A DNA stretch of 64,000 nucleotides from Candidatus Fermentithermobacillaceae bacterium (GTDB lineage: Bacteria > Bacillota > Sulfobacillia > Fermentithermobacillales > DUSS01): positions 118,438 to 182,437 of the forward strand of contig JADBKE010000008.1 of NCBI GenBank assembly GCA_014896535.1, given 5' to 3'. Below, one piece after another: positions 31,227-42,566 of the stretch. The notes beneath the pieces are model-generated. The model searched no databases. It saw only the letters and a program-made list of their open reading frames with translations, and was not told the origin of the DNA. Position 1 is the stretch's first letter. The number at the start of each line of letters is the position of its first letter. The translations under genes were made by a program, and so were the position numbers.

Positions 31227-31391
31227 GGTCTTTTCCGAACCAACCCTACCGTCTGAAACTCTGGTTTTCGCCGGCGCCCGCTCGACTCTGGTGCTTTCCA
31301 CCGGTACTCACCGGTAACAGGCACCATTCAAAGACCCGAGGCAGGTCCGCCGCCTCAGCGCCGCTCCAACGGCACTACGCCTGCGCCCCGG

Positions 31392-33584
31392 TCAGCGTCG
31401 TTTCCCGCCTGGGCCGCCCTTCTCGAAAGCTTGCCTGGCGGCCTTAGTGCGGTCCTGATAAGGCTTCTTGTCCCCTTTCGGTGCGGAGTCACGACCGGAG
31501 ATCTCCCTGAGGGCCGCCTTTCTGGACAGGTTCACCCGCCCCAGATGGTCGATCTCGGTCACTTTCACAAGCACTTCGTCCCCTACGTTCAGGACGTCCT
31601 CGACGCGCCTGACCCGATCTTCGGAGAGCTCGCCGATCCGTACCAATCCCTCTTTACCGGGAAGGACCTCAACAAAGGCGCCGAACGGTGTGACTCTGGA
31701 TACTCTGCCCAGGTAGGTTCTGCCCACCTCAACGTCCTGGGTGAGTCCCAGGATAATGTCCCTTGCGCGCCGGCCGGAAGCTTCATCCTGAGCTGCTATG
31801 AAGACCCGCCCGTCCTGCTGGATGTCGATCTTAGCCCCAGTCTCGCTGATGATTTTGTTTATTGTCTTGCCTCCCGGTCCAATGATGTCCCTGATCTTAT
31901 CCGGGTCCACTTCCACAACCAAAATCCGCGGAGCATAGGGCGAAAGCTCGGACCTCGGCGCCGGGATGGCCTCCTTCATCTTCTCGAGAATGAAGAGCCG
32001 TGCCGCTCTCGCCTTCTCCAGGGCGATTTCCAGGACCTCCCTGGGAATCCCGGATATCTTTATATCCATCTGGAGGGCGGTTATCCCGTCCTTCGTCCCG
32101 GCCACCTTAAAGTCCATGTCTCCCATGGCATCTTCCATGCCCTGGATGTCGGTGAGGACCACGGGAGACTTTTCATCGTAAATCAAACCCATGGCGATAC
32201 CCGCCACCGGTGCCTTTATCGGCACCCCGGCGTCCATCAACGCCAGCGTAGAACCGCAAACCGAAGCCATCGACGTAGAACCGTTGGACTCCAGCACCTC
32301 GGAGACCACTCTGATCGTGTACGGAAACTCCTCTTCCCCCGGAATCACCGGTCGAAGAGCTCGCTCCGCCAGAGCGCCGTGTCCGATTTCCCTGCGGCCG
32401 GGCCCGCGCATGGGTCTGGTCTCACCGGTGCTGAAAGGCGGGAAGTTATAATGGTGGATGTAACGTTTGAATTCCTCGATCCCCGTGGTATCCAGTTCCT
32501 GGACGTCGCCGGTAGCACCCAGGGTCACCGCGCTCATGACCTGGGTCTGGCCCCGGGTGAAGAGAGCCGAACCGTGCACCCTGGGAAGCAAACCCACCTC
32601 GCACGTGATCGGCCTTATCTCATCAGGACCCCGGCCGTCCGGCCTCACCCCGGTCTCCAGAATCATGGACCTGACTTCGGCCTTGAGGACGTCGTGGAAA
32701 CCTTCGATTATCTCCTGAGTCCTGTCGGGAAACTCTTCCTCAAGCGCTTCGGTTACCTCCAGGAGGAGCTCGTCGATGGCCGCCTCCCGCGAAAGCTTCT
32801 CCTTCACCTTGAGGGCTTCCCTGATCTTCGGCACGGCGATCTCTCTTACCCGCTCCAGAACGTCGTTACCTACAGAGAAGATGACGGGCTCCACCTTGGG
32901 TTTACCTATTTCCTTCACTATCTGCTCCTGAAACTCCACGAGTTCCTTAATGACGGCGTGACCTGCCATTATGGCGTCGATTATGACGCTTTCGGGAACC
33001 TGGTTCGCGCCGGCTTCCACCATCAGGATGGCGTCCCGCGTGCCTGCCACGATGAGCGCCAGATCGGACGCTTCCGCCTGTTCCACATTGGGGTTAATCA
33101 CGATCTCTCCGTTGACCAGGCCGACTTCCACGGCGCCGATAGGGCCGTTGAAGGGAATGTCCGACACACATAACGCCGCAGAAGCGCCGATCATACCGGC
33201 GATTTCAGGGGAGTTGTTGTGATCGATGGATACGGGCAGAATAACGATCTGGACTTCGTTCCGGAAACCCTTGGGAAACAGCGGTCTTATAGGCCTGTCG
33301 GTAACGCGCGCCTGCAGGATCGCCTTTTCCGGAGGCCTGCCCTCCCGCCGGCCCCAGCTTCCGGGAATCCGCCCCACCGCGTACAACCTTTCTTCCACGT
33401 CCACGGTGAGGGGAAAGAAATCCACGCCTTCCTTGGGTTCCTTGGACATGACGGCCGTGACGAGTACAGCGGTGTCCCCGTAACGCACCATCACCGAACC
33501 GTTTGCTTGCTTCGCGAATTTGCCGAATTCCAGGACCAGTGGACGACCGCCCAGAGAAAACTCATACTTCCTGTACTCGTTCAA
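31392..33584 (-). CDS. pnp: Polynucleotide phosphorylase (PNPase)
   Basis: 730 aa: two RNase PH domains, KH, and S1 ([29 protein letters not shown]). Confidence 0.95.
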   Translation of the reverse strand: MNEYRKYEFSLGGRPLVLEFGKFAKQANGSVMVRYGDTAVLVTAVMSKEPKEGVDFFPLTVDVEERLYAVGRIPGSWGRREGRPPEKAILQARVTDRPIRPLFPKGFRNEVQIVILPVSIDHNNSPEIAGMIGASAALCVSDIPFNGPIGAVEVGLVNGEIVINPNVEQAEASDLALIVAGTRDAILMVEAGANQVPESVIIDAIMAGHAVIKELVEFQEQIVKEIGKPKVEPVIFSVGNDVLERVREIAVPKIREALKVKEKLSREAAIDELLLEVTEALEEEFPDRTQEIIEGFHDVLKAEVRSMILETGVRPDGRGPDEIRPITCEVGLLPRVHGSALFTRGQTQVMSAVTLGATGDVQELDTTGIEEFKRYIHHYNFPPFSTGETRPMRGPGRREIGHGALAERALRPVIPGEEEFPYTIRVVSEVLESNGSTSMASVCGSTLALMDAGVPIKAPVAGIAMGLIYDEKSPVVLTDIQGMEDAMGDMDFKVAGTKDGITALQMDIKISGIPREVLEIALEKARAARLFILEKMKEAIPAPRSELSPYAPRILVVEVDPDKIRDIIGPGGKTINKIISETGAKIDIQQDGRVFIAAQDEASGRRARDIILGLTQDVEVGRTYLGRVSRVTPFGAFVEVLPGKEGLVRIGELSEDRVRRVEDVLNVGDEVLVKVTEIDHLGRVNLSRKAALREISGRDSAPKGDKKPYQDRTKAARQAFEKGGPGGKRR

Positions 33585-33603
33585 CTATTAACACCCTCTC
33601 GTG

Positions 33604-33873
33604 CTAGCCTCGCAGTCCAAGCTTCTCCACGATCGCGCGGTAACGTTCGGGCTCCTCCCTCGCAAGGTAGTTTAAAAGAGCTCTTCGCTTACCCACCATC
33701 TTCAAAAGGCCTCTGCGGCTATGGTGGTCCTTCTTGTGCACCTTGAGGTGCTCAGTGAGGTCGTCGATCCGCTTCGTCAAAAGCGCGATCTGGACCTCGG
33801 GAGAGCCCGTATCCTTTTCGTGGATTCTGAATTGGCTGATGATGGCTTGTTTCTCGTTGCTTGCCAGAGCCAA
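33604..33873 (-). CDS. rpsO: 30S ribosomal protein S15
   Basis: [19 protein letters not shown]...[19 protein letters not shown]. An 89 aa product if TTG at 33873 (RBS GGAGGTG 6 nt upstream) is used. Confidence 0.9.
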   Translation of the reverse strand: MALASNEKQAIISQFRIHEKDTGSPEVQIALLTKRIDDLTEHLKVHKKDHHSRRGLLKMVGKRRALLNYLAREEPERYRAIVEKLGLRG

Positions 33874-33968
33874 AGAAAACACCTCCTGGGATAGCCAGTT
33901 GCTCCAAGCTCAGTCCGCCGCCGGAGGAACGAGCGTCCGGGCAAGGAGTCCATGCGGCTGAATCTTGT

Positions 33969-34982
33969 TCACCGCTGCGATTCTATCACATGTAAGACGT
34001 CCCTGGCGACCTGGTCCCTGAGCTCCTCGACCGAGGCGAACTTCTTTTCGTCCCTCAGCCGCCTCAAAAACTCCACCCGCAGCTGTTGCCCATATAAATT
34101 CCCCGACCAGGCCGGTATATGCACCTCGAGATGGAGACGCCTCTCCCCGAAGGTGGGACAAGTGCCGACGTTGGCGACGGCGGCCCTCCCGGCGAAGGCC
34201 GGCTCCGTACCTGAATCTGCCAGGGTCGCCTCCCGGTGTACACGTTCTTCCAGAGCCCCCGGGTACACCCGGCATGCGTACACCCCCGGTGCCGGCAGCA
34301 GCTTTTGAGGGTGCACATCGAGGTTCGCCGTGGGAAAGCCGAGGAGCCTTCCCCGACCTTCTCCCCGCCCGACAATGCCTTCCACGCTGTAGGCCCGGCC
34401 AAGGAGCTCCCCGGCCTTCTCAACATCGCCTTCGACCAGGGCCCGCCTTATGGCGGTGCTGGAGACGACTTCGCCCCTCCTCATCACCGGCGGCACAATG
34501 ACCGCCTCGAAACCCAGCTCCTTTCCGAACTCCACCAGATCCTGAGCTTTTCCACTGGCCCGGAAGCCGAAGGTGAAGTTGAAACCAACCACCACAACGC
34601 GGGCCTTCAGCTGCTCGACCAGGAAAATCCTGGCGAACTCCCGGGGCTCCGTCTTCATGAGGTCCGGGGTGAAAGGAATGACGCGGAGGTAATCTACGCC
34701 AAAGGATTCTATAAGTCGCGCCTTTTCCTCGAGCGGAGTAAGAAGGTCCGGCGGCGCCCCAACCCGATCCCCGGACCCGGCCAAACCCCTCGAAACCAGT
34801 GTGGCAGGGTGGGGTTCAAAAGTGACAACCACCGTAACGCCTCCGCAAGCTTCGGCCCTGCCCCGGGCAACCCGAAAGAGCTCCTGGTGACCCAGGTGAA
34901 CCCCGTCGAAGAACCCGAGGCAAGCTACCACTCGCGCCCGTTCGGGAATATCGTCGGTCCAATGCAGCATTTTCTTGGCCAT
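33969..34982 (-). CDS. ribF: Bifunctional riboflavin kinase / FMN adenylyltransferase
   Basis: N-terminal FAD-synthetase motif GFFDGVHLGHQ, C-terminal riboflavin-kinase domain. Confidence 0.9.
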   Translation of the reverse strand: MAKKMLHWTDDIPERARVVACLGFFDGVHLGHQELFRVARGRAEACGGVTVVVTFEPHPATLVSRGLAGSGDRVGAPPDLLTPLEEKARLIESFGVDYLRVIPFTPDLMKTEPREFARIFLVEQLKARVVVVGFNFTFGFRASGKAQDLVEFGKELGFEAVIVPPVMRRGEVVSSTAIRRALVEGDVEKAGELLGRAYSVEGIVGRGEGRGRLLGFPTANLDVHPQKLLPAPGVYACRVYPGALEERVHREATLADSGTEPAFAGRAAVANVGTCPTFGERRLHLEVHIPAWSGNLYGQQLRVEFLRRLRDEKKFASVEELRDQVARDVLHVIESQR

Positions 34983-35051
34983 CTATGAACCCTCTTCCGT
35001 CATGACCGATGCGATTAAACTGGTTAGTGAATTTCGGCGGCCAACCGAGCT

Positions 35052-35978
35052 TCACGAACTTATGAGAACTTTTTCGTAACGGATCCGGTCGTCTTCATGT
35101 TCAAGGCGCATCAAGGCAACAACTTCTCCGTTCCGGTCCACGAGAAAGAACAATCCCGGATGACCTGAACTCGAAAGAACGTTTCGTACGGCACCCGGTA
35201 TCAGCGACGCCTTCAGCGGGGCTCCATTCTTGACCGCCTGGACGACATCCGGGCCAACCGGGAAAGCCGGAAACTCGGGTAGACACTTCGTCGGAGAAAG
35301 CACAGCTTCGTGGAGCCTACCTAACCTCTTGAGCTCGAGCAGCTTTTCCGGGGAATACCCGTCCTGTATCCGGAACGGACCCGCCCTGGTCCGCTCGAGA
35401 CGGGATACTGTAGCTCCTGTACCAACCAGCTCCCCGAGACGCTGGGCCAGGGCCCTCACGTAAGTACCCTTGCCTACTCGCAGGTGGAAGGTCGCCCTGG
35501 GCCTCACACCTTCCTTCCACCTGACCAGCGAGAACTCGTATACTATTACCTTCCTGGGCTTCGGCTGGACAGTTTCCCCTCTCCTCGCAAGCTCGTAAAG
35601 TTTTTTTCCAGACACTTTTACCGCGGAAAACAGGGGAGGAACCTGACTTATCTCCCCAGTCAGCAGGGGAAGCACCTCGAGAACTCGATCTCTCGTCAGG
35701 CCCGAGCAATCTTTGCAGGACACCACCTCGCCCGTCACATCTCCGGTATTCGTCGTAATTCCGAACGTAAACTCCGCTTCGTACTCCTTATCCTTCTGTA
35801 TCAGGTACTCTGTGAGCTTGCGGCTCGCGCCGAGGGCCAGCGGAAGAACCCCCGTGGCCATGGGGTCCAGGGTACCGAGGTGACCCGTCTTCCTTTCGCC
35901 AGAAAGCTTCCGGAACCAAACCACGGCGTCATGCGAGGTCATGCCAGCGGGCTTGAGGAAGTTGAGAAAACCGTTCAT
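35052..35978 (-). CDS. truB: tRNA pseudouridine(55) synthase
   Basis: MNGFLNFLKPAGMTSHDAV...GHLGTLDPMATGVLPLALG catalytic Asp motif, PUA-like C-terminus. Overlaps the nrnA stop (ATGA). Confidence 0.9.
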   Translation of the reverse strand: MNGFLNFLKPAGMTSHDAVVWFRKLSGERKTGHLGTLDPMATGVLPLALGASRKLTEYLIQKDKEYEAEFTFGITTNTGDVTGEVVSCKDCSGLTRDRVLEVLPLLTGEISQVPPLFSAVKVSGKKLYELARRGETVQPKPRKVIVYEFSLVRWKEGVRPRATFHLRVGKGTYVRALAQRLGELVGTGATVSRLERTRAGPFRIQDGYSPEKLLELKRLGRLHEAVLSPTKCLPEFPAFPVGPDVVQAVKNGAPLKASLIPGAVRNVLSSSGHPGLFFLVDRNGEVVALMRLEHEDDRIRYEKVLISS

Positions 35979-36991
35979 GCCTTGACCACGAGGTCGGGAT
36001 CCTGCTCGAGAACTCTGCGGACCTCTTCTAAAACCAGAGTTTTTACCTCGGGAAGGGTTTTACCTTTGATAAGCGCCCCTGCCGCCCTGGGATGACCGCC
36101 TCCGCCGAACGTCTCGGCAATCCGGGCGGCGTCTACGGTGCGCCTGGTCCTGAAGCTGACGTGCACTCCTTCGTCCGCCTCCCTGAACTGCACCGCCACC
36201 ATGACTCCCTGTATGGAGCGGGGATAAGTGATGATCCCTTCGGTATCCTCGGAGGTCGCCGCGACCTTCTTCATCATTTCTCTGGTCACGGATACGCACG
36301 CGATCTTGCCGCCGGCGTGGATCTCCAGGGTCTGAAGGGCTTCACCCAGGAGCATCACCGACGAAAGAGGCTTGGCTTCGTAAACCAGTTCGGAGATCTC
36401 CTGGGGACGTGCCCCCCTTTCTATCAGATCGGCAGCCATCCGGAGCGCCCTCGGAGTGGTGTTTTCGTACCTGAAGCTCCCAGTATCGGTGAGGACCGCC
36501 ACATACAGGCACGCAGCTATCCGGGCGTCAATGTTAACCCCGAGTTCTCGAAAAAAGTGCCACAGGATTTCCCCGGTGGCCGCGGCTGAAGGGTCCACCA
36601 GCACCGCGTCGCCGAACTTGGTGTTGGACACGTGGTGATCTATGTTTATCCAGTACTTAGCCTTTTTGGCGAAAGGCAGGGCATGCCCGCAGCGTTCGGG
36701 TTCCCCGCAATCCAGAAAAATAGCTACTTCGGCATAAAAGTCAGCCAGGTCCAGGTATCCCGTCCTGGTAAAATGCTCTTGACCGGGAAGAAAATCGTAG
36801 ATCACCGGGTGGGGATCGTCGGAAACGATAAGGGCCTGCTTTCCCCAGTTCTCTAACGCAAGGGCCAGCGCGAGGCTCGAACCCACGCAGTCGCCATCGG
36901 GTTTTTCGTGTTCCAGGATAACAAACCTCCGATGCGAAAGGACGAGCTCTCTCGCCCGCGCCAGCCCTTCGCTCGCCCAGTTATGTGTCAC
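35975..36991 (-). CDS. nrnA: DHH/DHHA1 phosphoesterase (NrnA-like oligoribonuclease/pAp phosphatase)
   Basis: DHH motif region ILEHEKPDGDCVGSSLALA plus a C-terminal DHHA1 GGGH motif (GGGGHPRAAG). Confidence 0.8.
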   Translation of the reverse strand: MTHNWASEGLARARELVLSHRRFVILEHEKPDGDCVGSSLALALALENWGKQALIVSDDPHPVIYDFLPGQEHFTRTGYLDLADFYAEVAIFLDCGEPERCGHALPFAKKAKYWINIDHHVSNTKFGDAVLVDPSAAATGEILWHFFRELGVNIDARIAACLYVAVLTDTGSFRYENTTPRALRMAADLIERGARPQEISELVYEAKPLSSVMLLGEALQTLEIHAGGKIACVSVTREMMKKVAATSEDTEGIITYPRSIQGVMVAVQFREADEGVHVSFRTRRTVDAARIAETFGGGGHPRAAGALIKGKTLPEVKTLVLEEVRRVLEQDPDLVVKA

Positions 36992-37054
36992 AAGCTCACC
37001 TCCGCTCTTCCTGCACCGCCCGTTCGTCTCCGGCTCCGAAGGGAAATACCCGGA

Positions 37055-37429
37055 CTACGCAGACGTATTGTCGCCCTCCGGTGCCGGCTTGTCTCCGGCA
37101 ACCTTCCGGAGGATCTCCGAAACCCTGACACTGTGTTCGATACCCTCGTCGAGCACGAACATGAGTTCGGGAGCGCGTCTCAAATCCAGACCCCGGGCCA
37201 CCTCCGACCTTATGAGACCCTGGGCACTTCTGAGACCCTCCATCGTAGCTTCCTTTTCCTGGGGCGAACCCAGGATGCTCACGCGTATCTTGGCCAGAGA
37301 CAGATCTTTCGTCACTTCCACTGCCACTACGCTGACAAATCCGATCCTGGGGTCCTTTATCCTCTCCCGGAGCGTCTCCGAAACTATCTCTCGTATGACG
37401 GCAGCGACCCTTTCCTCCCGACCGGGCAT
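37055..37429 (-). CDS. rbfA: Ribosome-binding factor A
   Basis: 124 aa KH-like RbfA (RVAAVIREIVSETL...VSVVAVEVTKDLSLAKIRVSI). Confidence 0.9.
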   Translation of the reverse strand: MPGREERVAAVIREIVSETLRERIKDPRIGFVSVVAVEVTKDLSLAKIRVSILGSPQEKEATMEGLRSAQGLIRSEVARGLDLRRAPELMFVLDEGIEHSVRVSEILRKVAGDKPAPEGDNTSA

Positions 37430-37446
37430 GACCCTTCACCCCTTGC

Positions 37447-37728
37447 TCAGAGGATTTCCACAAGGAGCTCCGACACTTCCCCATCCACATTGGACTCAAT
37501 CCATTCCGCAGCACTCCGAATGACCTGTTCGGCATGGGCACGCCGGTTGGATACGCAGGCCAAGCCCAAAGTGGCATGGTTGTACGTGTCGTTGTCGTCC
37601 AGCTCCGCGCACGCGACGTTGAACTTCCTTCTCACACGAACCATGAGTCCTCCCAGGCGCTGCCTTTTCTCTTTGAGGGACTGCACACCCGGAAGGACTA
37701 TCTTGAGGACGCAAGTCCCCACCACCAT
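37447..37728 (-). CDS. DUF503 family protein (YlxP-like), conserved between infB and rbfA
   Basis: 93 aa. Matches the conserved Firmicutes position and fold. No catalytic motifs. Confidence 0.7.
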   Translation of the reverse strand: MVVGTCVLKIVLPGVQSLKEKRQRLGGLMVRVRRKFNVACAELDDNDTYNHATLGLACVSNRRAHAEQVIRSAAEWIESNVDGEVSELLVEIL

Positions 37729-37752
37729 GCCACGATCCCCTCCGGACTCTCC

Positions 37753-40389
37753 CTACTCTGGTAGGACCTTCTTAACAGTGTAGACTTCTATTACGTCGCC
37801 CGGCTTCACATCCTGGAACCGTTCGAGACCGATGCCGCACTCGTAGCCAGCGGCAACCTCGGAAACGTCGTCCTTGAACCTCCTGAGAGACGCGATTTTG
37901 CCCTCGTAGACCACGGTTCCGTCCCTCACCAAACGGGCTCCGTAGTTCCTCGCCACCTTGCCATCGTTGACGTAGCAGCCAGCCACAGTGCCCACTTTCG
38001 GAACGTGGAAAGTGGCCCTGACTTCCGCGTGGCCCACGATGACCTCTTCGAGCCTGGGCTTCAAGAGCCCCTTCTTCATAGCTTCCACGTCGTCCAGGAG
38101 ATCGTAGATCACGCGATAGGTTCTGATCTCCACGTTTTGTTCTTCGGCCGCTTTCTTAGCGTTGGCGTCCGGTCTCACATTAAATCCCAGGACTGTGGCG
38201 TTTGAAGCCTTTGCCAGCATCACATCGGATTCGATTATGGCGCCGACTCCGGAATGCACTATTTCGAGCTTTGTCGGTCCCTCTTGGGCGCTCCTGAGAG
38301 CCTGAAGGATGGCCTCGAGAGACCCCTGAACGTCTGCCTTCACGATGAGCCGGAGCTCGGGTGCTTTTTCTTTTTCTTGCGATACCAGGTCCTCCAGGGT
38401 CATATGATGCACCTGAGTGAGCTCCTGAGCCCTTCTCTCCATCTTTCGCTTTTCTGCGATCTCTTTCGCGAGACGCTCATCGTCAACCACCAGGAATCTG
38501 TCTCCCGCTTGAGGCAGGTCCTCGAGGCCGACGATTTCCACCGGCGTAGACGGACCGGCTTTCTTGACCTGCCGGCCCCTTCCGTCGAACATGGCCCGAA
38601 TCCGTCCCCACGTAGTATCGGTGATGATGACGTCGCCGGTTTTCAGCACGCCGGACCTGACCAACGCGGTTCCGACGGGACCCAAGCCTTTATCCATCCT
38701 GGACTCGATTATGGTCCCTCTCGCCCTTCGCGTGGGATCGGCCTTAAGCTCCTGCATCTCGGCCACCAGGAGGATAATTTCCAGCAGGTCCTTCAAGCCC
38801 TGACCGGTCTTGGCGGACACCGGAACGCAGACCACGTCGCCGCCCCATTCCTCCGGCACAAGGCCGATTTCCGAGAGCTGCTTCATCACACGCTCCACTT
38901 TTGCCCCGGGTTTGTCTATCTTGTTGATGGCCACCACGATCGGCACTTTTGCTGCTCTTGCGTGGTTGGCCGCTTCTATGGTCTGGGGCATTACACCGTC
39001 GTCGGCTGCCACAACCAGAACAGCGATGTCAGTCACCTGGGCGCCCCTGGCCCTCATGGCCGTAAAAGCTTCGTGCCCGGGGGTATCGAGGAATATGATC
39101 TTCTTGCCCTCGTGCTCTACCACAGAAGCGCCGATGTGCTGCGTGATCCCTCCGGCCTCGTGCGCCGTCACGTTCGTATGCCTGATGGCATCCAGAAGAG
39201 AGGTCTTCCCATGGTCCACGTGACCCATCACGGTCACCACTGGCGGCCTCGGCACCGATTTAGCCGGATCATCCGGCTCTTCCAGTTCCCGAAGGATCAT
39301 CTGCTCCACGGGTATCTCCGGTTCCTTGACCGTAACCGAGCAGCCGAGTTTTTCCGCCACCGCGGCAGCCAGATCCGCGGGCACGTTCTGGTTGATGTTG
39401 ATAAGCCGGCCCATGGACATCAGAAGGCGGAGGATCACCGGAACCGGGGCTCCCACCAGCGACGAAAGCTCCCTCACGGGGATGTCTCCCTGAATGGTGA
39501 CACGCCTGGGCCCTTTTACGTCGGCCTTCCCTCGAGTTCCGTTCACGCTCTCCTCCTTCTGACTCCGCGCAGCCGGACGCGCGCCGACCGAAACGCTGGT
39601 GCCGGCAGCAGAAGCGCCGCTTCCGCCAGAGCTCGCGGCTCGGTTACCGGCCGTCTGAACTCGAGCCGGCCGGGCACCCGGTGCCGGAGCGACATCTGCC
39701 CGTCCACCGGCGACCGGAGAGGCCGCCCGAGCGTCGGTTCCAGCAGAGCCATCCCGCTGTGCGCCAGTCACTGCACCGGGACCACCCCGTTGCGGGGCTG
39801 CCGTCCCGGCTACAACCCGCCCGACGCGCGCCCGCGCCTCGCCAGGGCCTGCACCACCCTTGGTTGTTCTGGCTCCCGCATCACCTGTGCTGGCAGCCCC
39901 TCCAGGGCTGGTTGCGCGAGCAGCGGATGCGCGTGCCCCCGCCGGAGCACTGGTCGCCGCGCCGGTTCGACCTGCTACGACCCCCGACGAGGTCTCTGGC
40001 GCCTCCGCTTTCGTCTCCGATCCCCTTGGCGTTCCCGTTCCTTTTGCCGTTTCCGTAGCTTGCGGTGTCCCCTTCGCCGTTTCCGTCACCCTTGTTCTAT
40101 CCGTTGCCTTCGCTGTTGGCGTTGCCCTTGCTGTTTCGGTTGCCTTCGCTGCTGCAGTTGCCCGCGCTTCTGTTCCGGGCGCATGTGGTTGCTTGGAAGC
40201 TCTTGCCTGCGACGTTCCCTGAGAAGTTCCTGCGATCGCCTTTCGAACTTTATCAGCGACGTCGTCACTTACTGCGGCCATATGGTTTTTAGCTGGAACT
40301 CCCAACAAATTTAATACGTCCAACACTTTCTTGGAATCCACGGAAAGCTCTTTAGCCAGTTCATATACGCGCATTCTGTTTTCAGTCAT
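37753..40389 (-). CDS. infB: Translation initiation factor IF-2
   Basis: 878 aa. N-terminal IF2_N domain, a long Ala/Thr/Gly-rich repetitive linker, then the GTPase ([21 protein letters not shown]) and a C-terminal beta-barrel. ATG at 40389 with RBS GGGGGTGAG. Confidence 0.95.
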   Translation of the reverse strand: MTENRMRVYELAKELSVDSKKVLDVLNLLGVPAKNHMAAVSDDVADKVRKAIAGTSQGTSQARASKQPHAPGTEARATAAAKATETARATPTAKATDRTRVTETAKGTPQATETAKGTGTPRGSETKAEAPETSSGVVAGRTGAATSAPAGARASAARATSPGGAASTGDAGARTTKGGAGPGEARARVGRVVAGTAAPQRGGPGAVTGAQRDGSAGTDARAASPVAGGRADVAPAPGARPARVQTAGNRAASSGGSGASAAGTSVSVGARPAARSQKEESVNGTRGKADVKGPRRVTIQGDIPVRELSSLVGAPVPVILRLLMSMGRLININQNVPADLAAAVAEKLGCSVTVKEPEIPVEQMILRELEEPDDPAKSVPRPPVVTVMGHVDHGKTSLLDAIRHTNVTAHEAGGITQHIGASVVEHEGKKIIFLDTPGHEAFTAMRARGAQVTDIAVLVVAADDGVMPQTIEAANHARAAKVPIVVAINKIDKPGAKVERVMKQLSEIGLVPEEWGGDVVCVPVSAKTGQGLKDLLEIILLVAEMQELKADPTRRARGTIIESRMDKGLGPVGTALVRSGVLKTGDVIITDTTWGRIRAMFDGRGRQVKKAGPSTPVEIVGLEDLPQAGDRFLVVDDERLAKEIAEKRKMERRAQELTQVHHMTLEDLVSQEKEKAPELRLIVKADVQGSLEAILQALRSAQEGPTKLEIVHSGVGAIIESDVMLAKASNATVLGFNVRPDANAKKAAEEQNVEIRTYRVIYDLLDDVEAMKKGLLKPRLEEVIVGHAEVRATFHVPKVGTVAGCYVNDGKVARNYGARLVRDGTVVYEGKIASLRRFKDDVSEVAAGYECGIGLERFQDVKPGDVIEVYTVKKVLPE
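39950..40200. repeat. Imperfect tandem DNA repeats encoding the [11 protein letters not shown] low-complexity repeats of the IF-2 N-terminal linker
   Basis: Reiterated gttgccttcgctg / gtttccgtcac-like units on the plus strand (antisense of infB). Protein-level repeats [36 protein letters not shown]. Confidence 0.6.
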
Positions 40390-40411
40390 GAACTCACCCC
40401 CATTCCCCGTC

Positions 40412-40696
40412 TCACAATGCGCCGCCCTTCGATTGAATCTCCCTTATCCTGTCCCTGAGCTTTTCAATCACGGCGGACTCGGGGGATACGCCGAGCGCCT
40501 TCTCCCATCGTCGCCCTCGAGTAGCCTCTTCAAGGCACTTTTCGTCCGGGCAGATATATGCCCCGCGCCCGGAACGCTTTCCGGTGGTATCGAGTTCTAC
40601 AACACCCTCAGGGGTTCGAACCACCCTGACTAACTCGCGCTTGGGTCGCACCGTCCTGCACCCAATGCACGTCCTGAGCGGTACCCTCCTCGGCAT
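40412..40696 (-). CDS. ylxR: YlxR/DUF448 family RNA-binding protein
   Basis: 94 aa. RTCIGCR...KRELVRVV...GRGAYICPD... motif. Classic position between nusA and infB. RBS AAAGGAGGGGGA. Confidence 0.75.
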   Translation of the reverse strand: MPRRVPLRTCIGCRTVRPKRELVRVVRTPEGVVELDTTGKRSGRGAYICPDEKCLEEATRGRRWEKALGVSPESAVIEKLRDRIREIQSKGGAL

Positions 40697-40881
40697 GGTC
40701 CCCCTCCTTTCAGTCTGTCAGTCCGCCACGTCCGACGGACCCCGCAGTCCGTCATCCCGGACGGCACACCAGCACCGAGAAATCCGAAACCGCCTTCGCC
40801 ACATCGCTCGCCGCACAGCTTCTCACTGCACAACTCGTCTCCGGACAGCTTCTAACCCGGCCCGTCAGCTCGATCGCTGAA

Positions 40882-41964
40882 CTAAGCGCGCCCCTGCTTC
40901 GCAGGACGTTCCGGGTCGTCTTTCAAGCTCTTCGCCTGCGACTCCGGACGGATATCCACTTTCCAACCCGTGAGTTTTGCGGCGAGTCGTGCGTTCTGGC
41001 CTTCTTTGCCTATGGCAAGGGAGAACTGGTAATCCGGTACGATCACCCGGGCCAATTTGCTCTCGGGAAACACTTCGGCCTTGATGACCCGGGCCGGACT
41101 CAGCGCATTTGCAACAAATTTTGCCGGATCTTCGTCCCATTCGATGATGTCAATGCGCTCGCCTTTGAGCGCCTGTACCACCGACTGTACCCTCGAGCCT
41201 CTCGGCCCGACGCAGGCGCCCAGGGCGTCTACTTCGGGGAGGGTAGCCCGAACAGCCACTTTCGATCGGGAACCGGGTTCGCGGGCGATCGCGCGTATCT
41301 CGACCACCCCGTCGTTGATTTCCGGCACCTCAAGCTCGAACAGCCTCTTCAGGAGACCCGGGTGCGTCCGGGACAATATTATCTCCGGGCCTTTGCTCGT
41401 CTTCTTAACTTCCACGATGTATGCCTTTATGCGCTCACCCTGCGTGAGTTTCTCGCCTTTCACCTGCTCCTGAGGTGGGATAATACCTTCCACCCTACCC
41501 AGGTCCACTATGACCGTCCGGCCTTCAATCCGGGCCACTATCCCCGTTACAACGTCCCCTTCGCGGGACGCAAACTCTTCGTATATCATCCCGCGCTCCG
41601 CTTCCCGCAGCTTTTGGATAACCACCTGCTTGGCAGTTTGCGCGGCGATCCTCCCGAAACCCTCCGCCGCAATTTCCTCTTCCACAACGTCCCCTACCTT
41701 ATAGGAAGGATCTTTTTCTCTGGCCTGTTCCAGGGATATTTCGGTCTTGGGATCGGTTACTTTCTCCACGACCGTGCGGCGGGATAGCACGCGGATTTTG
41801 CCGGTGTCCCGCATGACCTGGATGCGGACGTTTTGAGTCGTACCGTAGTTCTTTCTGTAGGCCGACAGAAGAGCTGCCTCAAGGGCTTCGAACAGCGCGT
41901 CTCTGGACACGCCTCTCTCCCGTTCGAGCTGGCTGATAGCTGCCAGGATCTCGACATCCTTCAA
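40882..41964 (-). CDS. nusA: Transcription termination/antitermination factor NusA
   Basis: 360 aa: N-terminal domain, S1 and two KH domains, typical NusA N-terminus MKDVEILAAISQLERERG. No C-terminal AR repeats. Confidence 0.95.
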   Translation of the reverse strand: MKDVEILAAISQLERERGVSRDALFEALEAALLSAYRKNYGTTQNVRIQVMRDTGKIRVLSRRTVVEKVTDPKTEISLEQAREKDPSYKVGDVVEEEIAAEGFGRIAAQTAKQVVIQKLREAERGMIYEEFASREGDVVTGIVARIEGRTVIVDLGRVEGIIPPQEQVKGEKLTQGERIKAYIVEVKKTSKGPEIILSRTHPGLLKRLFELEVPEINDGVVEIRAIAREPGSRSKVAVRATLPEVDALGACVGPRGSRVQSVVQALKGERIDIIEWDEDPAKFVANALSPARVIKAEVFPESKLARVIVPDYQFSLAIGKEGQNARLAAKLTGWKVDIRPESQAKSLKDDPERPAKQGRA

Positions 41965-42443
41965 TGCTTCCCGCCTCCTTCCTCCGGTCTGAATAGGAGC
42001 TTGACCCTGGAAACGTTCTGTCTGGGGAACGACATCCGGCCGTGGGTGGTATCGACGACGACATCGCCTTCCTCGAGACCCACCAGGACGCCCTCATACT
42101 GCCGCTTTCCCTCCACGGGTGCGAACAGGTTCACCTGAACATCTCGTCCTGCAAATACCTGGAACTCCCGGTCCCTCCTGAGAGTTCTCTCGAGTCCCGG
42201 CGAGGAAATCTCCAGGTTATACGACCCTTCGATCGGGTCCTCTCTGTCGAGGACCTCTCCGAAAGCTCTGTCCATGGCCTCACAGTCGTCGAGCGTTATT
42301 CCCTCGGGTTTGTAGATGGTCACCCTGAGGATGCGGTGCCCTCCCTCGGTGAGGAACTCCGTGTCCAGCACCTCCAGGCCGAGTCTTCGGGCAACCGGCT
42401 CGGCAAGGCGAAGCGTCGTTTCCTCGATGTCCCGACGGTTCAC
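41961..42443 (-). CDS. rimP: Ribosome maturation factor RimP
   Basis: RimP family (LAEPVARRLGLEVLDTEF...RILRVTIYKPEG). GTG at 42443 (VNRRDIEE) with RBS GGAGGGGGAAC preferred. The track start at 42491 lies inside a terminator hairpin. Overlaps nusA start by 4 bp. Confidence 0.85.
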   Translation of the reverse strand: MNRRDIEETTLRLAEPVARRLGLEVLDTEFLTEGGHRILRVTIYKPEGITLDDCEAMDRAFGEVLDREDPIEGSYNLEISSPGLERTLRRDREFQVFAGRDVQVNLFAPVEGKRQYEGVLVGLEEGDVVVDTTHGRMSFPRQNVSRVKLLFRPEEGGGKH

Positions 42444-42460
42444 GCTCGTTCCCCCTCCGA

Positions 42461-42492
42461 TACATATAAAAAGTGGGTTTGCCGAACCCACT
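42461..42492 (-). terminator. Intrinsic-terminator-like hairpin plus U-run in the rimP-nusA-infB operon leader (candidate attenuator)
   Basis: Transcript sense AGUGGGUU-cggca-AACCCACU followed by UUUUUAUAUG, ending about 18 nt upstream of the rimP GTG. Confidence 0.45.
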
Positions 42493-42537
42493 CCGTTAAT
42501 GCTCCGCGTTGAGTTTTCCAGAACTTATCCGAATTTT

Positions 42538-42566
42538 AGTATACCACGCAGCGAAGGGCGAAACAA
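42538..42566 (-). promoter_or_regulatory. Candidate sigma-A promoter of the rimP-nusA-infB operon
   Basis: Minus-strand -35 TTGTTT (42561-42566), 17 nt spacer, extended -10 TGGTATACT (42538-42546). Confidence 0.45.
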
